This document shows, in pieces, positions 9,306 to 18,328 of a DNA stretch of 60,110 nt (position 1 is its first letter; every line of letters begins with the position of its first letter). Location of the stretch: contig JAWXAU010000163.1 of the NCBI GenBank assembly GCA_034439655.1, forward strand, positions 1 through 60,110, in the 5' to 3' direction. The position numbers were made by a program, and so were the translations under genes. Under the pieces are notes generated by a model. It had not been told where the DNA came from and did no database searches. It saw only the letters and a program-made list of their open reading frames with translations. The DNA is from Bacteroidota bacterium (GTDB taxonomy: Bacteria; Bacteroidota; Bacteroidia; UKL13-3).

Positions 9306-9371
9306 CCCGCCGCGGCGGGATTATTTTTTATTTTTCAAGTAGGCAGTTTGCTCACAACCCACAACTCACAA
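9306..9371. repeat. Perfect 14-bp palindrome CCCGCCGCGGCGGG plus heptamer tract CTCACAA/CCCACAA/CTCACAA
   Basis: Palindrome 9306-9319; heptamers 9351-9371 overlap the accD stop. Confidence 0.85.
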
Positions 9372-10298
9372 CTTACTTTTCACTTTCTCCTCCTCCTTTA
9401 CTTCTACTTTCACTTCCGTTTTTTCTTCTGATTCGATTACAGGAATTTCGGGTTCCATATCGGCAAGTAAATCCAATAATTGTATTAATTTACTTTGCAT
9501 TTCTGAACGGTTGATTATCATATCTAGAAAACCATGCTCCAATAAAAATTCAGAACTTTGGAAACCCTTCGGTAAATCTTTTCCTATTGCTTCTTTTATA
9601 ATTCGTGGTCCTGCAAATCCTATCAGGGCTTCTGGCTCTGCTATATTAAAATCGCCAAGCATGGCAAATGATGCAGTAACACCGCCCGTTGTGGGATCAG
9701 TTAAGTATGATATATAAGGAACTCCTGCTTTGGCAAGTAACGCAAGCTTTGCAGAAGTCTTCGCCATTTGCATCAGCGAAAAAGCAGCCTCCATCATCCT
9801 TGCTCCACCCGATTTGCTAATAACCATCACGGGTATTTTATGCTCACGTCCATAGTCAATAGCCCTAGCAATTTTTTCTCCCATCACCGAGCCCATGGAC
9901 CCGCCGATGAAAATAAAATCCATGCAAGCCACTACCAATTTATGCCGACCGATATCACCCACAGCTACACGCAATGCATCGTTCAAGCCCGTTTTACTAA
10001 TGGTGTCCTTCAGCCTACTTTCGTAACTCTTAGTATCATTAAATTTGAGGGGGTCAGTTGGTAATATATTCGAGAACAACTCCGTGAAATTCTCACCGAA
10101 CAATACCTCAAAATATTCTGCTGAACCAATCTTTGTATGGTAGTTACAATTAGGACAAACCCATTTATTATTGATATGGTCTACTACGTCCATCACTTTT
10201 TTACAGCGAGAACACTTATGCCACAAGCCCTCGGGCGTGGATTTTTTATCTTTGGTAGAAGTGGTAATTCCTTCTTTAACGCGTTTAAACCAACTCAT
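9366..10298 (-). CDS. accD: Acetyl-CoA carboxylase carboxyltransferase beta subunit
   Basis: PEGLWHKC..C...C..C zinc finger, GGSMGSVMGEKI, SGGARMMEA, DPTTGGVTASFAMLGD, FLLEHGFLD. Confidence 0.96.
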   Translation of the reverse strand: MSWFKRVKEGITTSTKDKKSTPEGLWHKCSRCKKVMDVVDHINNKWVCPNCNYHTKIGSAEYFEVLFGENFTELFSNILPTDPLKFNDTKSYESRLKDTISKTGLNDALRVAVGDIGRHKLVVACMDFIFIGGSMGSVMGEKIARAIDYGREHKIPVMVISKSGGARMMEAAFSLMQMAKTSAKLALLAKAGVPYISYLTDPTTGGVTASFAMLGDFNIAEPEALIGFAGPRIIKEAIGKDLPKGFQSSEFLLEHGFLDMIINRSEMQSKLIQLLDLLADMEPEIPVIESEEKTEVKVEVKEEEKVKSKL

Positions 10299-10396
10299 TT
10301 TTTATCATTGATTTTTAATGGTGGGCAAAAGTCGGTTTTTTCAGCCAAACTTGTGCTTTTATAATATAAGTATGTAATTTACAAAGGGTTAATTTA

Positions 10397-10891
10397 TCAC
10401 CCAAACTCTATCATCACCTGATTCTTTTCTACTTTATCTTTTTCACTGATATAAATCTTCTTAATCAGCCCATCCACAGGCGATTTGATGATATTTTCCA
10501 TTTTCATGGCTTCTAATAACAATAGGCTATCACCTTTGGCAATTTGCTGTCCCTCTTGGGCTAAAAGTTTCAACACCATGCCAGGCATTGGTGCTTTTAC
10601 CTGTCCTTGCTTTTTACCCGCTTTGGTATCCATGCCCATGCTTGCCAAAAGCTCATCGTATCTATCTTGCAGTTTAACAGTTGTTTTTTTACCATTCACT
10701 TTCACCACCAACTCTTTGGTATCCTCATCGGTGCTCACAATCTCCACTTTATAGTTCCGACCTCTCAAATTATAATAGTAATTGTCTCCTTCTTTCGATA
10801 GCAGTTCCAGCGGCACCAATTGCCCGTTTACTCTTAGCTCATCAGCCTTTCGCTCTGTATTATATTCCTTGTCTCCTATTTTGGCTTTCAT
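10397..10891 (-). CDS. Biotin carboxyl carrier (biotin/lipoyl attachment) protein
   Basis: APMPG and EAMKMEN biotinylation motif. ATG 10891 lies 4 nt after a TATATTTG -7 box. Confidence 0.9.
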   Translation of the reverse strand: MKAKIGDKEYNTERKADELRVNGQLVPLELLSKEGDNYYYNLRGRNYKVEIVSTDEDTKELVVKVNGKKTTVKLQDRYDELLASMGMDTKAGKKQGQVKAPMPGMVLKLLAQEGQQIAKGDSLLLLEAMKMENIIKSPVDGLIKKIYISEKDKVEKNQVMIEFG

Positions 10892-10915
10892 GCGGCAAAT
10901 ATAAATCAATTTACG

Positions 10916-10933
10916 TCCCGATACCTATCGGGA
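10916..10933. repeat. Palindrome TCCCGATA-CC-TATCGGGA
   Basis: Same family as 5441, 5631 and 40905. Confidence 0.85.
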
Positions 10934-10977
10934 TGCGAATTGCGATTTTTTTAATCTAAATTTTCATTGTCAATGAG

Positions 10978-11012
10978 CCATTTATCATTTACCTTTTACC
11001 ATTAATCATTAA
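10978..11012. repeat. Five-unit degenerate heptamer tract overlapping the GH3 stop
   Basis: CCATTTA TCATTTA CCTTTTA CCATTAA TCATTAA. Confidence 0.8.
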
Positions 11013-12468
11013 AGCTTATCCCCTCTTTCAAAAGCCTTGGAAGCTTCTGCTGCAAACCAATTCTTCCTCTACTTTTATAATAATTCAAAATAGTACTAGG
11101 CTTTATTGGAATTATCATAGGACATGCCAACACTCCATCATTATATAAATCACGATAACACATATTGAGTTTGCATAACTCACCATTTATATATGCTGAT
11201 AAATTTTCTGGGAGGGTTTGTTCATCTGTTTCTATCATCCAAACATGATGTGACTTACTATTATCCTTTAATGGAGCTGGACTCACAATATAATCAAACA
11301 TTGGAATTTTATAGTATTCGCAAGCACTCTTAATCACAGTATCTGTTTCTGAAGTTAGCAAATGTTCCCCAAAAACTGATAATGTTTCAGACTTCCGTCC
11401 TATTATAATAACGCGAATAGGGTTAAGTGAAACTACACTTATCAAATCACCAATACAATACCTAAACAAACCGCTGCATGTGGTAATCACAAGTTCTCCC
11501 ATATCACCCACCGCGGTTTTTGTAATTGGATTTGTCCTACCATTTTCATATAATAATTCAAAGTATATTCCATCATTTACATACAATCGAATTCCCGTTT
11601 CACTTTTACGATCTTGCCAACCCAAAAAACCTTCGGAAGTAGGATAAGTTTCTACAAAATCTAATGTATTATCAAATACAGTTTGCAAATAATTTAAATA
11701 AGGTTTCGGACTCGTCCCGCTCAAATTTAAAACAGGATTTGCAGCTATAATAGTTTGCAATTGTTCAACATTGAGTGAAGAAAAGAAATCACGCATCCAA
11801 GCAGGCATTGCTACAATAAATCCCGGTGGCGATTCTGCAATTTCATTGTATATACTTTGAATCCTGTCTTTGAATAATGGAATTTTACGCGTAACAGTCG
11901 AAGGTCTTGAAAAATACTTTGACCAACTTGGCATTTGACAAGCAAGGATAGCAGAAATCGGAGCTGATTTTATATCTCCAAATTGACTAAATATAGGAGC
12001 ATCCCCAAAACTAAGCGGTGGTGACTTTAATATGCGTTTCGCACCATATAAATTAATCACACTTGCCACAGCATTCCTTCTGCCACTAAGTTGATTTCTC
12101 AACAACTCTTTACTTATAGGTATATATTTTTTATTGCCAGCACTGCCCGATGTTTCTGCCATAAACAAAGGCTTTCCCTGCCAAATTTGGTGCGGATTTC
12201 CATCTTTTATATTTTCAATATATGTTATATAATCTTGATATGTGGTAAGTGGAAAATCTTCCATCTCGTTCACACCAATATTTGCTTTTATTCCTAAATC
12301 TCTACCCATTTCGCAAGTAGAAATTTTCTTGATTATATAATATAATACTTTGTTTTGAGATAAAGCTATCTCTTCGTTTGTATTTGGAATATTTTCCAAC
12401 CCTCTTAGTACCTTTTGCGAAATAAAGGGTGAAGCGAAACGAAACAACACATCTCTAATCATAATCAA
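11002..12468 (-). CDS. GH3 auxin-responsive-family acyl-adenylate-forming enzyme
   Basis: AETSGSAGNKKYIPIS, ETYPTSEGF, ELVITTCSGLFRYCIGD, GLQQKLPRL. Confidence 0.85.
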   Translation of the reverse strand: MIMIRDVLFRFASPFISQKVLRGLENIPNTNEEIALSQNKVLYYIIKKISTCEMGRDLGIKANIGVNEMEDFPLTTYQDYITYIENIKDGNPHQIWQGKPLFMAETSGSAGNKKYIPISKELLRNQLSGRRNAVASVINLYGAKRILKSPPLSFGDAPIFSQFGDIKSAPISAILACQMPSWSKYFSRPSTVTRKIPLFKDRIQSIYNEIAESPPGFIVAMPAWMRDFFSSLNVEQLQTIIAANPVLNLSGTSPKPYLNYLQTVFDNTLDFVETYPTSEGFLGWQDRKSETGIRLYVNDGIYFELLYENGRTNPITKTAVGDMGELVITTCSGLFRYCIGDLISVVSLNPIRVIIIGRKSETLSVFGEHLLTSETDTVIKSACEYYKIPMFDYIVSPAPLKDNSKSHHVWMIETDEQTLPENLSAYINGELCKLNMCYRDLYNDGVLACPMIIPIKPSTILNYYKSRGRIGLQQKLPRLLKEGISFND

Positions 12469-12648
12469 TATCTATATTTATCGCAAATGTATGCAAAATT
12501 CTCTACTGTATGAGATTGGCTACCTCCCACCAAAACCGTTAGTTTGTAATACTCTTAATTCATAAATTGATTGATCTGCTTATTTTAAATCAATTGATTA
12601 CCTTTGCTTTTTAAAACTAGGCAAAGAATTTATCAGATATTTTTACCC

Positions 12649-13413
12649 ATGAAAAACAAATCAATTGTATTTATCATAATATTCCTCTTCATCTCTCATT
12701 TATCCTCAGCCGTTAAAGTAAAAAAACGTTTCTATTTCTCCTGGGGTTATAACCACGAGTGGTATGCAAAAAATAATATCAATATATCACAACCCTCCTT
12801 GCAAAACAATTATAGTTTTCTCAATGTGAAAGGGATTGACAAACCCGGCTGGAATGAGGGAATCTTTAAGCAAGATTTAACTATACCGCAGTATAATTAC
12901 CGACTAGGTTACAATATAAATACAAAGTGGAGCGGCGAACTAAATTTCGACCATACCAAGTATCAAGTCTCTGAACAAATACTACATGTGAGTGGCGTAT
13001 ACCAAGGCAGAGCGATCGATTCTACTTTTAACCGAACAAATAGCAACCTCACCTATCAGTTGAACAATGGGGCAAATTTTTTCCTATTCAATGCTGTCCG
13101 AAAATTTGATGTGTTGCATACTACCTCTTCAAAAATAAATATAAAATTTTTGGCAAAAGGAGGCATTGGTTTTATGTACCCGCATGTAGAAAATACTATT
13201 ATGGGCCAAAATAATAAACCTCATTTTCAGTTTGGTGGTTTTGATGCTGGCTTAGAAGCTTGCGTGCAAGTGAATTTATTCAGAATATTTTATATAGAAT
13301 ACAGCAATAAAGTAATATATGCCATGTACAGAAACTTGAGAATATATGATGGTACGGCAAGTCAGAACTTAGCTTGTTACCAAATGATATTATCCTTGGG
13401 GGTAAGGTTTTAA
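12649..13413 (+). CDS. Hypothetical outer-membrane beta-barrel protein
   Basis: Signal peptide, amphipathic aromatic strands, terminal LSLGVRF; TACCTTTG -7 box at 12599. Confidence 0.75.
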   Translation: MKNKSIVFIIIFLFISHLSSAVKVKKRFYFSWGYNHEWYAKNNINISQPSLQNNYSFLNVKGIDKPGWNEGIFKQDLTIPQYNYRLGYNINTKWSGELNFDHTKYQVSEQILHVSGVYQGRAIDSTFNRTNSNLTYQLNNGANFFLFNAVRKFDVLHTTSSKINIKFLAKGGIGFMYPHVENTIMGQNNKPHFQFGGFDAGLEACVQVNLFRIFYIEYSNKVIYAMYRNLRIYDGTASQNLACYQMILSLGVRF

Positions 13414-13535
13414 ATATTTTACTCGGTATAGTGCACTAAAACAAAAATAGTCATTATCAATTTCTGGTTATAAAAAAAATCGCCCCGCACAAATGGGAAC
13501 TATACAAAAGATTTAATTGCTGGGAAAGTTAATTT

Positions 13536-13946
13536 CTACCCAACCTTTTCACTCACCACCCCATACAAATACGTCCCACCAATAGCACTAAGTATTATAA
13601 TAGCCATACTTATATAACCATAACCTAAGTTCACGAATAGCGGGCCAGGGCAAGCACCTGTCAATGCCCAGCCCAATCCGAATACAGTTCCACCCAAAAG
13701 ATATTTACCTATTGATTTTACTTTGGGTATAAATACAATGGGGTTTCCTTCTGTATCTTTTAATTTATACTTTTTTACTATCGCTACTATAATAATACCT
13801 AATACAACTGCGGTGCCAATAATTCCATACATTTGAAACGACTGAAACCGAAACATTTCTTGTATACGATACCACGATATCGCTTCCGATTTGGTCATAA
13901 TAATACCAAATATAATTCCTGTTATAATATATTTTAGTGCTTTCAT
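13536..13946 (-). CDS. YeeE/YedE family sulfur-compound transporter, second half
   Basis: GGTVFGLGWALTGACPGP motif. Confidence 0.88.
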   Translation of the reverse strand: MKALKYIITGIIFGIIMTKSEAISWYRIQEMFRFQSFQMYGIIGTAVVLGIIIVAIVKKYKLKDTEGNPIVFIPKVKSIGKYLLGGTVFGLGWALTGACPGPLFVNLGYGYISMAIIILSAIGGTYLYGVVSEKVG

Positions 13947-13955
13947 ATTTGTATA

Positions 13956-14513
13956 TTAAAAGATAATGGGAAATAATAAATGGGTCATGATTAATCCACC
14001 AATAAAAAATCCGATAACGGCAATCAAAGAAGGTAATTGTAAATCGGAGAGACCACTAATCGCATGTCCTGAGGTGCATCCACCCGCCCACCGTGTTCCA
14101 AAACCTATAAATAAACCTCCTAAAATAAGTAGTATCATATTTTTGATATTATATAATGATTCCAGTCCAAACAATTCTTCTGGTTGCAGACCTTTGGGTG
14201 CGTCAAAACCTAGTTTTGAAATGTCATGTATCGTTTCTTTGGCTATTTGAACTGGTTCATTGGCTGATAAAAATTGATGTGCAATAAATCCACCTGCTAC
14301 AGAACCTATTAAAAATAGTAAATTCCAGCTTTGTGCTTTCCAATCAAAATTAAATATTTTTATTTTTTTACCTGCTCCACATGCTGCACATATTACACTA
14401 AAATTTGAAGAAAAGCCAAATGTCTTTCCAAAAAACAACATCGCAGTCATAATACCTGCAATCGCTACACCTGAAGTATACCAAGGCCACGGCTCTTTAA
14501 TAATTTCTATCAT
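13956..14513 (-). CDS. YeeE/YedE family sulfur-compound transporter, first half
   Basis: EPWPWY, GFSSNFSVIC, GFGTRWAGGCTSGHAISG. Confidence 0.9.
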   Translation of the reverse strand: MIEIIKEPWPWYTSGVAIAGIMTAMLFFGKTFGFSSNFSVICAACGAGKKIKIFNFDWKAQSWNLLFLIGSVAGGFIAHQFLSANEPVQIAKETIHDISKLGFDAPKGLQPEELFGLESLYNIKNMILLILGGLFIGFGTRWAGGCTSGHAISGLSDLQLPSLIAVIGFFIGGLIMTHLLFPIIF

Positions 14514-14554
14514 AGAATTTAATTAGTGTGTTATAATATATAATCGCCCTCGGC

Positions 14555-14578
14555 AAAAAAAGCCCCTTGTGGAGCTTT
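14555..14578 (-). terminator. Intrinsic terminator of the dcw operon after ftsZ
   Basis: Minus strand AAGCTCC-ACAA-GGGGCTT followed by a T-run. Confidence 0.7.
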
Positions 14579-14634
14579 CTAATCTAAACTATGTTACCAA
14601 ATCCGGAAGATTGTGGTCTTTCACGATACGTCAA

Positions 14635-16086
14635 TTAATCCACATTGTCGTGCAGAAACGAATTGTTCTGCTTCAGCTCATGTTTCTTTTCTTCTTTTTC
14701 TTCTACCAATGAAACACGACTTAAATTATTCTCCGACGAATGTGGTACTTTTTCAAGGTTTATTGCTTTTCTTATATAGGCTGGAACATTATACATTTCA
14801 TCAACCATTTGTGGGTTGCGAATATCTTGACTTAGTTTACGCATTTCCACCATGCGTTGTTTCAATTTTTCTACACGCTCTTTATCCTCCTGCATAGCTG
14901 GTGTAATTTCTTCTTCATGCAAAGGAATTTCAGCTTGTGGTATTTCTTCTATATGCTCAGCTACGGGCTCTTCAGCAAGGGGTTGCGGAGCATTCAAATC
15001 GAATAATTCAAATTGACTTTCTTCCTCATTCAATATAGGTTTTTGCGGAGCATTATTACTATTTGGCTGATTATTTTCCTCCACCAAATTCCGTTTCACC
15101 CATTGTTGTTCTATAGGTTTATTTTCCACAGGTTCAAATCCAGTTGCTATAATAGTTACTGAAATTTTATTTCCCAATGATTCGTCTTGTGTTAAACCTA
15201 ATATGATATCAGTAGTAATTTCTGCTTCACGTTGTACATAGTTGGTAATTTCTTCTATCTCTGTCATCAAGGCTTCATCGGTTCCACTGGTGATATTTAA
15301 TAATATATTTTTCGCTCCCTTTATTTTATTATTATTCAAAAGTGGACTCGTCATCGCAGCTTCAATGGCATTTAATGCCCTGCATTCACCTTCGGCAGCA
15401 GCAGTTCCCATAATAGCTACACCGCTGTTGGTCATCACCGTCCGTACATCTTCAAAATCTACATTTATATATCCTGTTACCGTAATAATTTCTGCAATAC
15501 CTTTTGCTGCGGTAGTTAATATATCATTGGCATGGGCAAAAGCATTACTGAATTTTTGGTTGCCATGCAATTCCATAATACGATCGTTATTAATAACCAA
15601 TAAACAATCTACAGAATCCTTCATACGTTGCAAACCACTATCAGCAAATCCTCTTCTGCGGTTACCTTCTACTTTGAATGGTGTTGTTACAATACCCACC
15701 GTAAGTATTCCCATATCCTTTGCAGTTTGAGCTATAATAGGTGCTGCACCTGTTCCAGTGCCGCCACCCATACCCGCAGTAATGAAAATCATTTTGGTAT
15801 TAATACCCAATAATTCTACAATACTTTCTATACTTTCTTGTGCTGCTTTTTCGCCCGTCTCAGGATTTGAACCTGCACCCAAGCCACCAGTCAAACTTTG
15901 ACCAATCTGTAATTTTAATTGTATCGGACTTGCCTCGATAGCTTGCATGTCGGTATTGCATATTACAAAATCAACTCCACGTATACCTTGGTTATACATG
16001 TGGTTAACGGCACTACCTCCGCCGCCGCCCACACCTATTACTTTTATAATATTTTGCTTGTCTTTTGGTATGTCGAATTGTATCAT
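14635..16086 (-). CDS. ftsZ: Cell division protein FtsZ
   Basis: [26 protein letters not shown], Bacteroidota C-terminal FLHDNVD. Confidence 0.98.
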   Translation of the reverse strand: MIQFDIPKDKQNIIKVIGVGGGGGSAVNHMYNQGIRGVDFVICNTDMQAIEASPIQLKLQIGQSLTGGLGAGSNPETGEKAAQESIESIVELLGINTKMIFITAGMGGGTGTGAAPIIAQTAKDMGILTVGIVTTPFKVEGNRRRGFADSGLQRMKDSVDCLLVINNDRIMELHGNQKFSNAFAHANDILTTAAKGIAEIITVTGYINVDFEDVRTVMTNSGVAIMGTAAAEGECRALNAIEAAMTSPLLNNNKIKGAKNILLNITSGTDEALMTEIEEITNYVQREAEITTDIILGLTQDESLGNKISVTIIATGFEPVENKPIEQQWVKRNLVEENNQPNSNNAPQKPILNEEESQFELFDLNAPQPLAEEPVAEHIEEIPQAEIPLHEEEITPAMQEDKERVEKLKQRMVEMRKLSQDIRNPQMVDEMYNVPAYIRKAINLEKVPHSSENNLSRVSLVEEKEEKKHELKQNNSFLHDNVD

Positions 16087-16149
16087 GTGTAGTTTGTATT
16101 AAGTATTATATATATTGAAACGTCGTATTATAATCTCCCCCTCATTAAC

Positions 16150-16163
16150 CCCGCGGCGGCGGG
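16150..16163. repeat. CCCGC-GGCG-GCGGG palindrome between ftsA and ftsZ
   Basis: 14-bp CCCG-N6-CGGG with flanks ATTAAC and AACCATTA, matching the 41078 copy. Confidence 0.8.
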
Positions 16164-16173
16164 AACCATTATT

Positions 16174-17502
16174 TTAATTGCCTTTCTCTCTCTTATAATC
16201 TTCCAACTCTTCATCTTTCATCAAGTTTCTAAACGATTCTGCAAGTTTGCTCACCAATCCGGGTCCTTTAGGTCTTGCTACCTTTACTTCTTCAGCAATA
16301 GGTGCTTCTTCTATTTTATCAGGAACTATTGTTGGATTAGTTTGTGAAGTTACAGAGTTAAGTCCTTTCATCACCAAACCTATACCTGTAGCATAAGCAG
16401 GGCTTTTAACTTCGTCAACCATTCCTTTAGCCAAATGTTCATCGGGATAGCCCACACGAACATCCAACCCTGTATGAAATTCTACCAACTGTGGCAAATG
16501 TTTCAGTTGCGAACCACCACCAGTTAATACAATTCCTGCGATTAATTTTTTCTCAAGACCCGATGCTTTAATTTCATATACTACCGAGCTGATGATTTCT
16601 TCCATACGTGCATTGATGATGCGAGAAAGATTCTTCACCGAAATTTCTTTGGGTTCTTTTCCTCTCAATCCCGGAACACATACAATTTCATTTTCCTTAT
16701 TCTCTTCAGGGATAGCCGATCCGAATTTTATTTTCAAAAGTTCAGCTTGGTTTTTCATCACCATACATCCTTCTTGTATATCATCATTTATCACATTGCC
16801 ACCAAACGGTATAATAGCGGTATGTCTAATTACATTCTCATGAAATATAGCAACATCGGTAGTACCACCACCAATATCTACCAATACAACTCCAGCTTCC
16901 AATTCTTCCGCAGTAAGCACTGCATCTGCCGAAGCAAGAGGTTCCAATATCAAATTCTCCACATGCAAACCTGCACGTGTTACACATTTATATATATTTT
17001 TTGCAGCCGTTATATGTCCAGTTATTACATGAAAGTTTCCTTCCAGTCTTAAACCTGCCATTCCAACAGGATCACTAATTCCTGCTTCGCCATCCACTGT
17101 ATAATCTTGGGGTAAAACATGTATAATTTGCTCACCAGGTGCCAATGCAACTTTATACATATCATCGGCCAAACGATTCAAATCGCTTTGTGTAATTTCA
17201 GTATCTATATTATTCCGCACCAACAAACTGCGGTTAGGTGTTGATTTGATATGCTGACCAGCAATACCCACTTGTACCACTTTAATATCTATACCTGAAC
17301 GAGCTTTGGCTTCGGCAATTGCTTGGCTAACCGCATCTTCGGTTTTAGGTATATTGGTCACCATGCCGTGGTTCACACCTGTGGACAACGCCTGACCCAT
17401 CCCCAAAATATCAATTTTACCGAATTCATTTTTGCGGCCAACTATAGCACACACCTTAGTGGTACCGATATCTAACCCAACTACAATTTTTTCTTTGCTC
17501 AT
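16174..17502 (-). CDS. ftsA: Cell division protein FtsA
   Basis: GLDIGTTKV, VLVDIGGGTTD, VLTGGGSQL, YATGIGLV. Confidence 0.98.
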   Translation of the reverse strand: MSKEKIVVGLDIGTTKVCAIVGRKNEFGKIDILGMGQALSTGVNHGMVTNIPKTEDAVSQAIAEAKARSGIDIKVVQVGIAGQHIKSTPNRSLLVRNNIDTEITQSDLNRLADDMYKVALAPGEQIIHVLPQDYTVDGEAGISDPVGMAGLRLEGNFHVITGHITAAKNIYKCVTRAGLHVENLILEPLASADAVLTAEELEAGVVLVDIGGGTTDVAIFHENVIRHTAIIPFGGNVINDDIQEGCMVMKNQAELLKIKFGSAIPEENKENEIVCVPGLRGKEPKEISVKNLSRIINARMEEIISSVVYEIKASGLEKKLIAGIVLTGGGSQLKHLPQLVEFHTGLDVRVGYPDEHLAKGMVDEVKSPAYATGIGLVMKGLNSVTSQTNPTIVPDKIEEAPIAEEVKVARPKGPGLVSKLAESFRNLMKDEELEDYKREKGN

Positions 17503-17538
17503 GATATATTATAATAACTTTTTTATCAAAGGTTTATG

Positions 17539-18309
17539 CTATTTGCACACCACTTCATTACGGAACTTCAAATTAATTGATTTATAATGGTTATAGCCTA
17601 CTGTGTTGAGAACTTTAGAATAAAAAGTATACATTTTGTTCAGTTTATCAGACAAATCCTTGTCATCTCCGAAAATAATCTCATTCGGACCAATCTTGGG
17701 GACTATCGTCAAATCGCCTTCTTCATTGATATATATTTCTTCGGTCATACTCTTGAAATAGGCACTGGTATCAATGGCTTTCAGATAATTATATACCATT
17801 TTCCCTTCTTTCGTCACCATCGAATCTTTATATGCCATGCTCTCGAAAAAATATCCATTCACCACAGGAACTCTAGCAGTATAACTCGTACAAAAAGTAA
17901 ATTTGCCCCCATCCTCATCTATATAATAATCCAATTTATCTGTAAAAACTCGAGCCACAGGACGCTTCTGAACTATCTGTATATTTAGACTCCCAGCTAT
18001 ATCTTTATATACTTTTACCTTTTTTATAAATGGGTTTCCCAATAGTACATTCTCTAATATATAAGGATTCAAATCCTTAACTGCAGCACCAACAATGGAG
18101 TTAATATGCAAATGATTTGTAATGATATGACCAACAGCCTCCTTGTCCACAAAATAATTCCCACTCGTTTGGTTGTCAATTTCAATATTTACCTGAGTAC
18201 AAGTAATATGCTCTTGTTCACTTCCAGTAAAACTCAAAAATATAATCAAGTTCACCACCAGCAAACCCCATAACATGATATTCGATATTTTATATATTCT
18301 TTTGTTCAA
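17539..18309 (-). CDS. ftsQ: Cell division protein FtsQ/DivIB
   Basis: N-terminal TM, POTRA-like region, QKRPVARV, INLKFRNEVVC; position between murC and ftsA. Confidence 0.88.
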   Translation of the reverse strand: MNKRIYKISNIMLWGLLVVNLIIFLSFTGSEQEHITCTQVNIEIDNQTSGNYFVDKEAVGHIITNHLHINSIVGAAVKDLNPYILENVLLGNPFIKKVKVYKDIAGSLNIQIVQKRPVARVFTDKLDYYIDEDGGKFTFCTSYTARVPVVNGYFFESMAYKDSMVTKEGKMVYNYLKAIDTSAYFKSMTEEIYINEEGDLTIVPKIGPNEIIFGDDKDLSDKLNKMYTFYSKVLNTVGYNHYKSINLKFRNEVVCK

Positions 18310-18328
18310 CTTCTATTTTAATATTTTT

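Noticed and set aside
15440-15475. FtsZ T7 loop INVDFEDV instead of INVDFADV
   Set aside because: Catalytic N and D residues are intact, and I recall this variant in other Bacteroidota.
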